DNA of 63,917 nt, counting the filler, from Octopus bimaculoides (lineage: Eukaryota), in assembly GCF_001194135.2 (NCBI RefSeq). It is 7 parts of 6 records of this genome, joined end to end, with 100 filler letters (N's around TTAATTAATTAA, not from the genome) between each part and the next. Parts side by side here need not be neighbours in the genome. Positions count along the whole stretch, not along the records: positions 25,693 to 40,542 come from NC_068996.1; 6 more parts are not named here. One strand, written 5' to 3'. Positions 27,447 to 40,642 of the stretch are shown here, piece after piece. The notes beneath the pieces are model-generated. The model did no database searches and was not told the DNA's origin. It was given only the letters and a program-made list of their open reading frames with translations. Numbering within the stretch: the first letter of the stretch is position 1; each line of letters opens with the position of its first letter. Position numbers and translations under genes: made by a program.

Positions 27447-27857
27447 ATGTTGCCAGAGCACCAGCTGTCTGGCTTCCGTGCCAGTGGCACATAAATAGCA
27501 CCATTTGAGCGTGATCATTACCAAGATCGCCTTTCTGACACTTGTGCCAGTGGCACGTGAAAAGGCATTCGAGCGAGATCATTGCCAGTGCCGCTGGACT
27601 GTGCAGGTGGCATGTAAAATACACCATTTTGAGCGTGGCCATTGCCAGTACCGCCTGACTGGCCTTCGTGCCGGCAGCACGTAAAAGCACCCACTACACT
27701 CTCGGAGTGGTTAGCGTTAAGAAGGGCATCCAGCTGTAGAAACTCTGCCAGATCAGATTGGAGCCTGGTATAGCTATCTGGTTCACCAGTCCTCAGTCAA
27801 ATCGTCCAACCCATGCTAGCATGGAAAGCGGACGTTAAACGATGATGATGATGATGT
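27447..27857 (+). mobile_element. Retroposon family B: tandem ~55-bp units plus conserved 3' tail ending (GAT)n
   Basis: gtgccagtggcac.t.aaa.gcaccatt..gagcg units followed by aaaagcacccactacactctc...catgctagcatggaaagcggacgttaaacgatgatgat. Tail copies at 6055-6230, 16655-16836, 18400-18602 (-), 19036-19400 (-), 59680-59830 and 61080-61130. Confidence 0.78.
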
Positions 27858-28299
27858 ATCTATTTAGTTGTGAATGGACAGACACACCCTCTCAATCTGC
27901 CCAGTAAGGTATCCAGAATGTGACAACTGGACAGAGAGAGGGCTGCACTAGTACTCTGGTTGGTGCTCATTTACAGTTCAGTAGACGGAAGCAATGTAAA
28001 ATGAAGTATCTTGCTCAAGGACACAACACGCCACCTGGTCCAGACATTGAACAAACAAGCTTATGCACATGAGCCAAATATTCTAACTACTAGTCTACAT
28101 ACCTTCACAATGTTTGGAAAACTAGAAAGTAAAACAAGAACAGGGTAACTTTGGAGATAATTGCTCATTAATATTGAGACATTGATTGAAAATTGATATG
28201 AACTCTGGAATATATAAAGACTAAGAGAGAATTGGAAAAGATGCCAGTCATGTTCAGTATGGTCGGGGGGCACCATTACAGCACATTGTTGCATCCATC

Positions 28300-28740
28300 A
28301 TTTGTCAGTAACTGCTCAGTCATCCCAGGCAATCATCTGAGCAGTGTCCCATTCAGTCCCATTCTGTGAGATACTTCATCTTTTGTGACCATGATGCATG
28401 TGGACAGCCAACACAGGCCATCACTCCAGTTGGATCCTCAGAGAAGAGAACCCAATACACAGGATCCAACTTAGAAAATCGAGCAATATGACCAAACAGT
28501 CTAAGATGATGCTTCCAAATCATACAAGTAGCAGGATACACCTCCCATTTTCTGAGGGATGGAGAAAAAATTAGTAAAAAAAATTCCATGTGTTCCAACA
28601 GTACAAAATATTCTGGAGTGATAAATATAATCAGTTGCTTGCTTTAACACCACCATTTGGTCTTCAAATCGCCTCCGGTGTAGTCTACTCTGTTCTAAAT
28701 ATTTGGGCCAGTTTGAGGACACTATCTTCCCTTTATCTCT
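28300..28740 (-). mobile_element. Degenerate RTE/L2-like LINE ORF2 C-terminal fragment
   Basis: Frameshifted ...HLRLFGHIARFSKLDPVYWVLFSEDPTG...VGCPHASW, like the RRLRLFGHVAR...GRP..W motif of LINE C-termini. Confidence 0.6.
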
Positions 28741-29499
28741 GAGGTCCTAAAAACAAGGGCCATGGGTGAAGTAGGGGCTGTCATGTTCTGTTAGTCTATT
28801 ACTAGTTTCACTGCCCTGTACAAGTTTCAAACTCAGTACTTGATTGCCCTGTACAGATTTCAAATCCAGGACTACATAATGATAAAGTGAACTTCTTAGT
28901 CATTCAAATGTGCGTGTGTGCATGTGCACACGTGCACACGCACACACAATGTTAAAAGAAATATTATGTGATTTCAGAGGGATGCATAAAGGAACTTACA
29001 TGAACAGGTTGAGTTATATATAAGCTAAGCCAGGAATTTATTCTTGTAAATGGCAATTTATTCTTATAAATTTCAAACTAGACTGATACTGGTGTTTCTT
29101 AGGTTTCACCAAAACAGAGATGATGACTGAGAATTATGAACAAATCTTGTTTCTGTTGTTTGCATTTTAAAGACAGATTAGCTATAGTATTGCTAGTAAG
29201 CAGTCTGTGGAGAAGCGAATATCTACTTTACAATTATTTGACAAAAAGTAAAATTATGAAACCAAACAAAGATTAACACAGTTGCATTTCCTCAAATAAT
29301 ACAGCTTTATAGTAATTGAGGGAAATAAAATAAAACAAAAACAAAATATAATAAGGGGCTAGCCTGCATGACGGAGACAATCTTAAAAGTAGAAATATAA
29401 CATTTAAAAAAAAAAAGGAACATAGAGTGTTATGAGTAGCAATAGTAGTAGTAGTAGTAGTAGTAGTAGTAACAACAAGAATAATAATAATCCTTTCAA

Positions 29500-30780
29500 C
29501 TATGGACACAAGGCCTGAAATTTTGGGGTAGGGGTTAAATAAATTACATTAACTCCAGTAATTAACTGGTATTTAATTTATTGATCCCAAAAGAATGAAA
29601 GGCAAAGTCGACCCCAGCAGAATTTGAACTCAGAACATAAAGACAGGCAAAATGCCACTAAGTATTTTGTCTGGTATGCTAACGGTTCTGCCAGTTTGCT
29701 ACTTTAGTGATAATACTAATATTAATTCTAATTTTTGACACAATACCAGCAATTTCAAGGGTAGCAGGCTGGTCAATTACATTGAGCCTCGGTGTTCAAC
29801 TGGTATTTATTTTATCGATCCTGAAAGGGTGAAAGGCAAAGTCTACCTTAGCAGCATTTGAACTTGGGACATAACCAATAAAAATGCTACTAAGCATTTT
29901 GTCCTGTGTTGTAACAAATTCTGCCAGCTTGCACCATAACAACAACAACAATAATCCTTTCTACTATAAGTGCAAGGTATGTAATTAGGGGAAGGAGCAG
30001 GAGGGGAGGGGGTGCTAGTGAATTATATTGACCCCAGTGCTCAACTGGTACTTATTTCAATGACCCCCAAGAGAGTGAAAGGCAAAATCAGTCTTAGCAG
30101 CATTTGAACTCAGGACATAAAGATGGATGAAGTGCTGCTAAGCATTTAGTCCAGAAGAGCGGCAATTCTTCCAGCTCACTACCTTAATAATAATACTTTC
30201 TTTATTGGCCACAAGGGCCACATAAAACATTTAGGACAAGAGGACAATGGGTACTCACATAAACACTTGTAAACAATAATGATTAGCAAAAAAGATTCTA
30301 ACAACAAAATTCTTGAATAGGGAAAAAATACTGTGTGTGTGTGTGTGTATGCATTACATTACACACTACAACAGGATACAAACACACACACTATTGGCCA
30401 TGAGATGATATACTGTTAAATTATACCACATATAACTCAAATCCCTTCAAACTAAAGCCACACTGACACACAACACATGCTAGTTATATCTTTAAAAAAT
30501 TTTTTTTAAAGAATTAAGACCACAAATTACAAATTATTTAAACAGGTTTCCTATTTCTTTACTGCCCACAAGGGGCTACACACAGAGGGGACAAACAAAG
30601 ACAGACAAACAGATTAAGTTGATTATATCGACCCCAGTGCGTAACTGGTACTTATTTAATCAACCCTAAAAGGATGAAAGGCAAAGTCGACCTCGGCAGA
30701 ATTTGAACTCAGAACATAGCGGCAGACGAAATATTACTGAGCATTTCGCCCGAAGTGCTAACGTTTCTGCCAGCTCACAG
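29500..30780 (-). mobile_element. Cluster of four family E SINE copies
   Basis: Repeated actggtacttattt..tcgacccc.aaaggatgaaaggcaaagtcgacc...gaatttgaactcagaac units at ~29530, ~29750, ~30020 and ~30550, all on the same strand and CpG-decayed. Confidence 0.75.
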
Positions 30781-32115
30781 CATTATTTAAACATGTCTCC
30801 ATTCACTAATTGCATGTCTCACATGTCTACATTCAGAGGTTCATAGAGTACATTAACACTTTAGCATTCATAATTACTCTGTCAAATGTAATGCTTATTT
30901 ATTCATATTGTTTTGAATTATTAATCATGCTTTATTGCAGAGCTTTGAACTTTTGATGATGATGTGATTGTTTATTTTTAGAATGACATTGTAAGGTAGG
31001 TGTGAGAGCCAATTTGGACACAGAGCAGTGGGCTGGATCTAATCAGTTTAGACATAAAACACAGAGTATTTAGGTTGGATAAGACCAGCTTAAATGCTGA
31101 GGAACTAATAAAAGGCTTCACTGATTTTCCTCTTAGGCATTTATATGTCAAACAAAAAAAAACTATTCAACAAGCAATCAACTCATCCAAAGAAATTTAA
31201 TAGATTTTTAACGATCAAATTTTTTTAAAAAGAATTTGTATTTGTTTATACATTGGGTGTGGCTGTGTGGTAAGAAGTTTGCTTCCCAACCACATGGTTC
31301 TGGGTTCAGTCTTACTGTGTGGAGCCTTGAGCAAGTGACTTCTACAGCCTTGGACCAACCAAAGCCTTGTGAGTGGATTTGGGAGACACAAACTGAAAGA
31401 AGTCTATCGTGTGAGTGTGTGCATGTGCACATGTATGCATCAGTTTGTCCACCACCTCTTGACAACCAGTGTTGGTTTGTTAATGTCCCTTATAACATAG
31501 TAGTTCAGCAAAATAAACCAATAGAATAAGTAACAAGCTTTAAAATAAAGTACTGGCTGCAGTAATGACTAAAACAAATAAAAAAAACAAATTAAAAAAA
31601 GACTGANNNNNNNNNNNNNNNNNNNNNNNNNNNNNNNNNNNNNNNNNNNNNNNNNNNNNNNNNNNNNNNNNNNNNNNNNNNNNNNNNNNNNNNNNNNNNN
31701 NNNNNNNNNNNNNNNNNNNNNNNNNNNNNNNNNNCATTTTATCAGCTTTAGTCAGAGGTTGCATCTAAGCATAACAACATGTACTTGAGGAATAAAAAAG
31801 GAATTCATCACAAATAAGAAAATATGAATGCTGCTATGATGAACACAATCTCCAGATTTGAATTCTTAAAAAGAAAAAAAAATTATGGAAACTGGTCAAC
31901 ATGTGTTCTCGACAAAGGAGATAGATCAAGGACACTGAGTGAATTGTATATAATTACATAAGGCAAAAAAAAAGGGGGGGGGGTAGAATTGGAAAGAAAT
32001 TCCAGATAATATGATCTTAAATTGTAATGCCATCTATGAGGCATTTAATCTACAAAAAATTTCAGCTACCCAACAAAATATTAGTGCCATGGTTTCCCTA
32101 CTTTTAATCTATATA

Positions 32116-32276
32116 CCATATTTTAACTTGTATAAGGAACTCTTTTTTGTCAAAAATTAGGTTAAAAATATGGGAGTTTCTTATACATAGATACTATTAT
32201 AATCCCTTACAAAACCTTTTTTCCAAATTTTTTAGCCCCCAAAATTAGGGGGTTCCTTATACATGTTAAAATACAG
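32116..32276. mobile_element. Pogo/Tigger-like MITE
   Basis: ~25-bp TIRs ccatattttaacttgtataaggaac / gttccttatacatgttaaaatacag, preceded by TA; resembles CCGTATTT...CGTATAAG pogo-type termini. Confidence 0.6.
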
Positions 32277-32342
32277 TTCTTTAAATGCTAATTTATATTG
32301 TGATGGTTGCATTGGGTTGTTGATTTTGATATCCTTATACAT

Positions 32343-32393
<51 letters not shown>

Positions 32394-32717
32394 TGCCAGC
32401 TTAATTTAATTTGTACTTAGTTGAAAGACATCTGTTGCTATGTATTTGTGCAACACCTGTTGCTTTGTATTTGTGCAACATTTCTGTTTTGTTTTTTTCA
32501 TCCTTGTTTTCGTATATATTCGCTGCTTTCTTCCAAGGAATCTAATGCTCTTAGCTTAGTTTTTCCTTGGGGTTGGCCAGATTGGAGCAATCTTGAGTAT
32601 AACCAGCCGAAATTACAAAGATAATCTGGAACTTGACTGAGGATAGAAAACTCTAAACGACCCATCCTTGTTTTCTTTGTATCGTCTGTCTGGATGCTTT
32701 GCGTTCTTGTCCCGTTT

Positions 32718-32750
<33 letters not shown>

Positions 32751-32954
32751 ATGTTTTAGTTGTCCCTTTTTTGCATCACCTAACTGTCTGGATGCTTTGT
32801 GTTTTTGTCCCATTTTTGTATTTTTTATATTTATATATATATATATATATGTTGTTGTACTTGGGGATGGTCATATTGCCAGTTTAGCCAATAAAAACAC
32901 ACGCACTGTATATTTGGTGTTAATTTGCTTCAGCTTTATATTACATTAATCTTA

Positions 32955-33001
32955 ATCTAATTTCGGCCAGAGTTCTTTCGTCACACTTCTGTGACCTCAT
33001 C
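32955..33001 (-). ncRNA. Inverted copy of the 33924 hammerhead, cut by the assembly gap
   Basis: Exact reverse complement of 33932-33978; the first CU of the core falls in the N run. Confidence 0.6.
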
Positions 33002-33923
33002 NNNNNNNNNNNNNNNNNNNNNNNNNNNNNNNNNNNNNNNNNNNNNNNNNNNNNNNNNNNNNNNNNNNNNNNNNNNNNNNNNNNNNNNNNNNNNNNNNNN
33101 NNNNNNNNNNNNNNNNNNNNNNNNNNNNNNNNNNNNNNNNNNNNNNNNNNNNNNNNNNNNNNNNNNNNNNNNNNNNNNNNNNNNNNNNNNNNNNNNNNNN
33201 NNNNNNNNNNNNNNNNNNNNNNNNNNNNNNNNNNNNNNNNNNNNNNNNNNNNNNNNNNNNNNNNNNNNNNNNNNNNNNNNNNNNNNNNNNNNNNNNNNNN
33301 NNNNNNNNNNNNNNNNNNNNNNNNNNNNNNNNNNNNNNNNNNNNNNNNNNNNNNNNNNNNNNNNNNNNNNNNNNNNNNNNNNNNNNNNNNNNNNNNNNNN
33401 NNNNNNNNNNNNNNNNNNNNNNNNNNNNNNNNNNNNNNNNNNNNNNNNNNNNNNNNNNNNNNNNNNNNNNNNNNNNNNNNNNNNNNNNNNNNNNNNNNNN
33501 NNNNNNNNNNNNNNNNNNNNNNNNNNNNNNNNNNNNNNNNNNNNNNNNNNNNNNNNNNNNNNNNNNNNNNNNNNNNNNNNNNNNNNNNNNNNNNNNNNNN
33601 NNNNNNNNNNNNNNNNNNNNNNNNNNNNNNNNNNNNNNNNNNNNNNNNNNNNNNNNNNNNNNNNNNNNNNNNNNNNNNNNNNNNNNNNNNNNNNNNNNNN
33701 NNNNNNNNNNNNNNNNNNNNNNNNNNNNNNNNNNNNNNNNNNNNNNNNNNNNNNNNNNNNNNNNNNNNNNNNNNNNNNNNNNNNNNNNNNNNNNNNNNNG
33801 CACTTACAAAAGACATAGACACATTGAAGGACACGCATGCGTAGACACATACAATAAGAATACAAAATACAAAATGGCTGATAGTTAGCAAGGTGAGACA
33901 CACATAAGAAAGAAGGAAACAAA

Positions 33924-33968
33924 GGACCACTGATGAGGTCACAGAAGTGTGACGAAAGAACTCTGGCC
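33924..33968 (+). ncRNA. Minimal type I hammerhead ribozyme motif (Penelope-like)
   Basis: GG(A)CCA CUGAUGA G GUCACA-GAAG-UGUGAC GAAA GAAC UC UGGCC: intact CUGAUGA and GAAA cores, perfect 6-bp stem II, minimal stem III, CUC triplet, stem I with one bulge. Confidence 0.75.
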
Positions 33969-34379
33969 GAAATTAGATTAAGATTAATGTAATATAAAGC
34001 TGAAGCAAATTAACACCAAATATACAGTGCGTGTGTTTTTATTGGCTAAACTGGCAATATGACCATCCCCAAGTACAACAACATCTGTTTCAACACACGA
34101 TTTCACATCAAAAATCTTGCAAAACAAATATATATATATATATATATATAGTCAATGTAACCTATATCAGAATATATATATGCAAGTATACATACATATA
34201 TACATATATATGTATAGATAAGAATATGCATATACACATATGTAAGTGCACACTTTGCATCAGCCCTGCAAACACTGAAATGGAGAAATCAATGCAAAAT
34301 AAATGGGCAACATTAAAGGAATAATGTATAATATTATTTTGATTGTGGTTGTGTAAATTGATGTAGATATGCTGAAGAC

Positions 34380-34772
34380 ATCTCTTACTTGTTTCAGTCA
34401 TTAAAATGTGGCCATGCTGGGGCACCAGCTTGAAGCATTTTTAGTCAGATGTGCCAACCTCAGTATTGATTTTTTTAAAGTCTGGGACTTATTCTGTTTG
34501 TCTTTGCTGAACCGCTAAGTTATGGGGATGTAAACACACGAACACTGGTTGTCAAGCAGTAGGGTGGTACAAACACAGGTACAAACACAGGTACTAAGAC
34601 AGACACACACACACATACACAAGCTTCTTTCAATTTTACTCTACCAAATCCACTCAAGATTTTGGTCAGCCAAAGGCTGTAGCAGAAGACATGTACCCAA
34701 GGTACTATGCAGTGGGAGTGAACCTGGAACCATGTGGTTAGGAAGCAAGCTTCTTACCACACAGCCACGCCT
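34380..34772 (-). mobile_element. SINE family C (tRNA head, internal microsatellite, 3' gtaaaaga tail)
   Basis: Head ggcgtggctgtgtggtaagaagcttgcttcc..ggttcc.ggttca; 3' ...ccagcatggcc.cagtcaaatgactgaaacaag. Other copies or halves at 8423-8775, 12430-12640, 20780-21170, 31255-31550, 40350-40542, 46355-46650, 46825-46957, 48740-49330, 51910-52290, 53790-53930 and 61140-61300. Confidence 0.75.
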
Positions 34773-35117
34773 GATGTAGAGAAAAAAAACATACATAAAT
34801 ACATAATTGTATGTTGGTAAACGGGAATAGTTCTTCATGCCTAATCGGGCAATTGTCTTTGAGATTAACTGTACATATCAGTGAATTTTTATTGCAACTT
34901 ATTAATGAGTAGGATTGACTTTAAAGCCAGTTGCATGAAACTTTTGGACATTACAATATAATCCTTTCTACTAATAGACAATTATAACAGAATCGACATA
35001 TTCATGAGATAGTTTTGTTCTGAGATATTGAGCTCTTTGGTGTGGTTTGTACACAGAAAAAAAAAAAAAAATCACTGATACTATACTTATATATATACGC
35101 GCATACATACACAAACA

Positions 35118-35182
<65 letters not shown>

Positions 35183-35188
<6 letters not shown>

Positions 35189-35507
35189 GAAGAAGAAAAT
35201 GGAGGGAATCCAGAGGTATTATTCATCACCTGTTAGACGTTATATTATTTCTATTTATTTTAAACAGTTCAGATAATATATGAATACATGTGTAAAGTAA
35301 TTTCTAGAATAGAGAAAAGAAAGAGCAATTTCTTACAGCTGTTTCAGCCTAGAGGTCACAGAACCCTATGTTATTTCCTTGTACTACAACTACTAATGAC
35401 TAATTCTGTTATAAGTATATACATACATATATACATGCATGTGTGTATGTATATGTATGTATGGGTGTGTGTGTATATATATGTAAATGTATATATATAT
35501 ATTTATG

Positions 35508-35567
<60 letters not shown>

Positions 35568-35973
35568 TATATTTATATATGCATAAATTAGCCCTTTGAA
35601 CTTCTTGAACTATCTTTTAAAAAACTCTCTGATGAAACCTGTATATTTATATGAGCATAAATTAACCCTATGAACTTCTTGGACTATCTTATAAAAACTC
35701 TCTGACGAAGCATACCCAAGTACCCTAATTTTATCTACAGATTTACAATACACTGAAAAGATGGAAATAACATATGGGGTACTGTGACCTCTAGGCTGAA
35801 ACAGCTGTAATTGCTCTTCTTTCTCTTTACTCTATTCTAGAAATTACTAATACTTTACATATGTATTTATATATTATCCGAACTTGTTTAAAATAAATAA
35901 ATAGAAATAATATAATGTCTAACAACAGATGAATAATACCTCTGGATTCCTTCCATTTTCTTTGTGCCATATA
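35183..35973. repeat. ~195-bp imperfect inverted repeat with ~380-bp spacer
   Basis: 35183-35378 aligns to the reverse complement of 35762-35973 with scattered substitutions and small indels. The spacer holds (TA)n and a ~60-bp direct repeat (35581-35642 / 35655-35714). Confidence 0.85.
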
Positions 35974-36564
35974 AATTAAAGTTAAAACCACTTATTACCC
36001 TCGCCTAATTATTATAACCAGTGGGGTAATTGCCACATAATAACCAACACTTGTGTGTTAATTAGGTATTCTACCAGTAGTATATTGGATAGATACTGTC
36101 CCTTGGTTGGATTCACAACCTCTAACTTTCTTTGAATTATATATATATATATATATATATATACATACATATTCACATGTATATAATCAAGGATAAAATC
36201 TATATAGGATTTTATCAGGTAGCTAGCATGTAAAACCTTTTAGGTATAAATTAATACAAAGCATATAACCTTTTTATAAAAATTATATGGGCAAAATACA
36301 TGCTAGAAGATATCAAATGACTATAGATATGCAAGCACATATGCACATACATACAAACACACTCACAAAAGCTTTATGAATAAACATTTAAAAAGCTGCA
36401 GCTCATAAGACGAAGTTAATATTTATAAGGCAATAAAATGGACTTCAAATTTTTTAAAATAGTAATAAATCTAAATCATGTTTAAAACAAAAGGCAAAAA
36501 AGTAAATAATATAAAATAAAATAAAATGTGCAGAAGAAAACGGAAGGGAGAAAGCTTAACTTAC

Positions 36565-36750
36565 CATGGTATCAAGCTTTTCTTTCCTTTCTTCAAGGCT
36601 TAAGTGAGACAAGAGTTCCTTCCCCTTTTCTTTGGCATTAGTAACAATTTCTTCATCGAAGTTTGATACGTTCATCATAACTTTGGCTTTGCTGTTTGGA
36701 AGATTTCCTCCACAGTCAGAGTCATCGGAATTGTCGCTCTTCTCTTCATG
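36565..36750 (-). CDS. Internal coding exon (62 codons, phase 0-0) of an unidentified gene
   Basis: Acceptor tctctctgtttatctggtcgacag and consensus donor ATG|gtaagt enclose exactly 186 nt, stop-free: HEEKSDNSDDSDCGGNLPNSKAKVMMNVSNFDEEIVTNAKEKGKELLSHLSLEERKEKLDTM. No family recognised. Confidence 0.7.
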
Positions 36751-37504
36751 CTGTCGACCAGATAAACAGAGAGACGTTAGTTATATGGAATGCTAGATAA
36801 CGTTAGTTCGTTAGATACATTGTTAAAAAAAATACATTCCAAGGAAAGTTTTGAAGATTCGTGTTGGAAAAAATAACACACTGAAGTTTATTTGTTGTTT
36901 GTATGTTGTGTGTGAGAAAAAGTGGTATTTCCAGTGTGATACTGTCTCTTTCTCACAGTTGAGGGAGCAGTTTCAAAACACCAGATTCCTTCTATCTCCA
37001 ATCCATACAAAGCACAAAAATTTTATTATATGATGATGATGATGATGATGATGTATATACGTATATACATACATACACATTATATTATACACACACGTTA
37101 ATAATCAGCAAGAGACAGTTTTTCTGCCTCTCCCATCTTGCATACAGCCACCCTTCTTTTCATTTCATTCCAATGGCTGGCAGGGAACCCCTTTCATTCC
37201 ATACTGGATGGGCAGGGAATTCCCTACGGCCAACATCTACTGGGGAAAGACATAACTGCCATCCCTTCCCTTTGCAATCCTGCAAAAGGCTCTCATATTT
37301 GGCTCACTTCCATTCATAGGACAGATTCAGACCTTTTGTCCCACAGGACTGTAAAGTCAATCAAGATTATTTTCTTCGTGTTTTCAGACAACAAAGCTAC
37401 GTCCAGCTTCAGGATTGTATGGACGGCCTGGGGGAAGCTGCAGTCTTTTTTTCAGGTCCACTTTCAGGTCCCAATGTCCCTTGATTGGGATCCATGTAGT
37501 AAGC

Positions 37505-37550
<46 letters not shown>

Positions 37551-37879
37551 TGGTAAACACCCCTTTAGTCATGAATGAAAGTTACCCCCCAAGGCACATG
37601 GCTGGGCAAGATTGTTCCCAAAAGACCAGCAGTCACCCATGCATACCAGTCACCCATTTCCACACCACCAATGTTATTCAAGGGAAAGGCAAAGGCTGAT
37701 GCAATTTGGCACCAGTGATGTTGCAACTTATTTCTACAGCTGAGTGAACTGGAGCAACGTGAAAAACAAAGTGTCTTGCTCAAGAACACAACACACAGCC
37801 TGTTCCCAGAATCAAACTCACAACATCATGATTGTGAGCCTGACACTCTAACCACTGAGTCATGTGACTTCAACATACA

Positions 37880-38520
37880 TGATGATGATGGCCGTCCACT
37901 CGTGACCGAGGAAGACCATTGCCGACCTTCAGGAACATTGTGCGCTCTAGGACTAAATTATATTTTGTATTTGCGGCTCCGTTGGTGGGTAATGAGCCCT
38001 GCTCTTGACAAGCATACACGACTGCAAACATTGCAGACCAAGCTTTCACCATTCACTATATGAGCCGTGTGCTTTTGCGCAGCTCACTCAAGTTCTTCAT
38101 GCTGGATACGTGCTCTCTCAAAAGTGTCGATCCCCTCCTTAACCTGCTTCCTCCATCCATGGCGATGACAGGCATTGTTCTCCCAGTCAGTGTCCTGCAT
38201 ATCACAGGCCTTTAATGAGGACTTGACACAGTCCTTAAATTGAAACCTTGGTTTCTGCCAGAGTCTCCTTCCATTCACAAGTTCTCCATATAGCATCTGC
38301 ATTGGAATCCTGCTATCTTTCATTCTAATAAAGTGTCCAGTCCAACGTAACTGGTGCTTGTGCACCATTGCTTCAATACTCAAGGACCTGTGTGTCTGGA
38401 ATTTTTGAGGTCCAGCCAACATTGAGAATGTGCCTGAGATATCTCTGATGAAAGCGTTCAAGGACCCTTACCTGACATTTGTACAGAGTCCATGTCTCAC
38501 ATGAGTAGAGGAGCGATCAT
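37880..38520 (-). mobile_element. 5'-truncated RTE (BovB-like) LINE with intact 3' end
   Basis: SIEAMVHKHQLRWTGHFIRMKDSRIPMQMLYGELVNGRR...KPRFQFKDCVKSSLK...WE...HRHGWRKQVKEG, then VCNVCSRVCLSRAGLITHQRS (RTE terminal zinc-finger-like motif), a short UTR and a (CAT)n tail. Confidence 0.88.
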
Positions 38521-38889
38521 ACATACATAGATACATACCTAGATACATAGATACATACATACATACAGACAGACAGACATGAGGTAAAGTCACTGTAACT
38601 TCTGCTGTATCCCTTTTATTTCTGTTGCTGTTAAAATACACAGCTTTTGTTTCAATTCTGAAAATCAGAATTCATCAAAATGGCTGCCATTATTATTAAC
38701 ATGGAATATTTTGATGGAAATTTTTAATTTGGATAACTTTAAAACAATAAGTTTGTATCAGAGAATTAGGGGCTGTCTTGGCTGCCTTGGTTATCAGAAG
38801 GGTTAATGCAGTTCTTGCTGGAATATCTGATAATGTACAAATACCACAAGGTACTTGGCCCAACACGCTTCCACTTCTGGCATCTAACA

Positions 38890-38937
<48 letters not shown>

Positions 38938-39683
38938 TGCGTGTGCATGTACATTTATATTCACACACTCACATATNNNNNNNNNNNNNNNNNNNNNNNN
39001 NNNNNNNNNNNNNNNNNNNNNNNNNNNNNNNNNNNNNNNNNNNNNNNNNNNNNNNNNNNNNNNNNNNNNNNNNNNNNNNNNNNNNNNNNNNNNNNNNNNN
39101 NNNNNNNNNNNNNNNNNNNNNNNNNNNNNNNNNNNNNNNNNNNNNNNNNNNNNNNNNNNNNNNNNNNNNNNNNNNNNNNNNNNNNNNNNNNNNNNNNNNN
39201 NNNNNNNNNNNNNNNNNNNNNNNNNNNNNNNNNNNNNNNNNNNNNNNNNNNNNNNNNNNNNNNNNNNNNNNNNNNNNNNNNNNNNNNNNNNNNNNNNNNN
39301 NNNNNNNNNNNNNNNNNNNNNNNNNNNNNNNNNNNNNNNNNNNNNNNNNNNNNNNNNNNNNNNNNNNNNNNNNNNNNNNNNNNNNNNNNNNNNNNNNNNN
39401 NNNNNNNNNNNNNNNNNNNNNNNNNNNNNNNNNNNNNNNNNNNNNNNNNNNNNNNNNNNNNNNNNNNNNNNNNNNNNNNNNNNNNNNNNNNNNNNNNNNN
39501 NNNNNNNNNNNNNNNNNNNNNNNNNNNNNNNNNNNNNNNNNNNNNNNNNNNNNNNNNNNNNNNNNNNNNNNNNNNNNNNNNNNNNNNNNNNNNNNNNNNN
39601 NNNNNNNNNNNNNNNNNNNNNNNNNNNNNNNNNNNNNNNNNNNNNNNNNNNNNNNNNNNNNNNNNNNNNNNNNNNNNNNNNNN

Positions 39684-39734
<51 letters not shown>

Positions 39735-39841
39735 TACTTATACACATGTGTGTGTACACATACATGTATAAATATATAAATAAATTGTACACATGTATAT
39801 ACACGTGTGTACATATACACATATGCAATACAGAGAGCACC

Positions 39842-39873
<32 letters not shown>

Positions 39874-40642
39874 GTTTGATTTTTATACAGCAACAACACT
39901 CTGCATGAGAAATAATTAAAAAGTGGAATATTACAAATTGAAATAATAGAAATGACATATGATGATGATGATGATGATGATGATGATAAAGCTAACAATG
40001 ATGGAGATAAGAATAAGGCTGACAATGATGACAGTGATGATGACAATGATGATGATAATGATGGTGAATTGGTGATGATAGTAGTGGAGATGTTGAAGAT
40101 ACTAATTGCTTTTGGGACACCAAGAATATTATAATACAAAAATATTAACAACAATAATCCTTCCTACTACAGGCACAAGGTCTGAAATTTTGCAAGGGAA
40201 GGGCTAGCCAATTACTCCAAGCCCAGTGGTTGACTGGCACCTAATTTATCAATCCCAACAGGTTGGAAAGCAAAGTCAACCTCAGTGGAATTTGAATTTA
40301 GAAGCAAAAAATGGATGAAATGCCACTAAGTATTTCATCCAGCATACTCTTTTACTCTTTTACTTGTTTCAGTCATTTGACTGTGGCCATGCTGGAGCAC
40401 CGCCTTTAGTCGAGCAAATCGACCCCAGGACTTACTCTTTGGAAACCTAGTACTTATTCTATCGGTCTCTTTTTGCCGAACCGTTAAGTTACGGGGATGT
40501 AAACACACCAGCATCGGTTGTCAAGCGATGTTGGGGGGACAANNNNNNNNNNNNNNNNNNNNNNNNNNNNNNNNNNNNNNNNNNNNTTAATTAATTAANN
40601 NNNNNNNNNNNNNNNNNNNNNNNNNNNNNNNNNNNNNNNNNN

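Larger units (their letters stand above)
32849..34084. repeat. Perfect 153-bp inverted repeat flanking an ~820-nt gap
   Basis: 32849-33001 is the exact reverse complement of 33932-34084. Confidence 0.9.
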
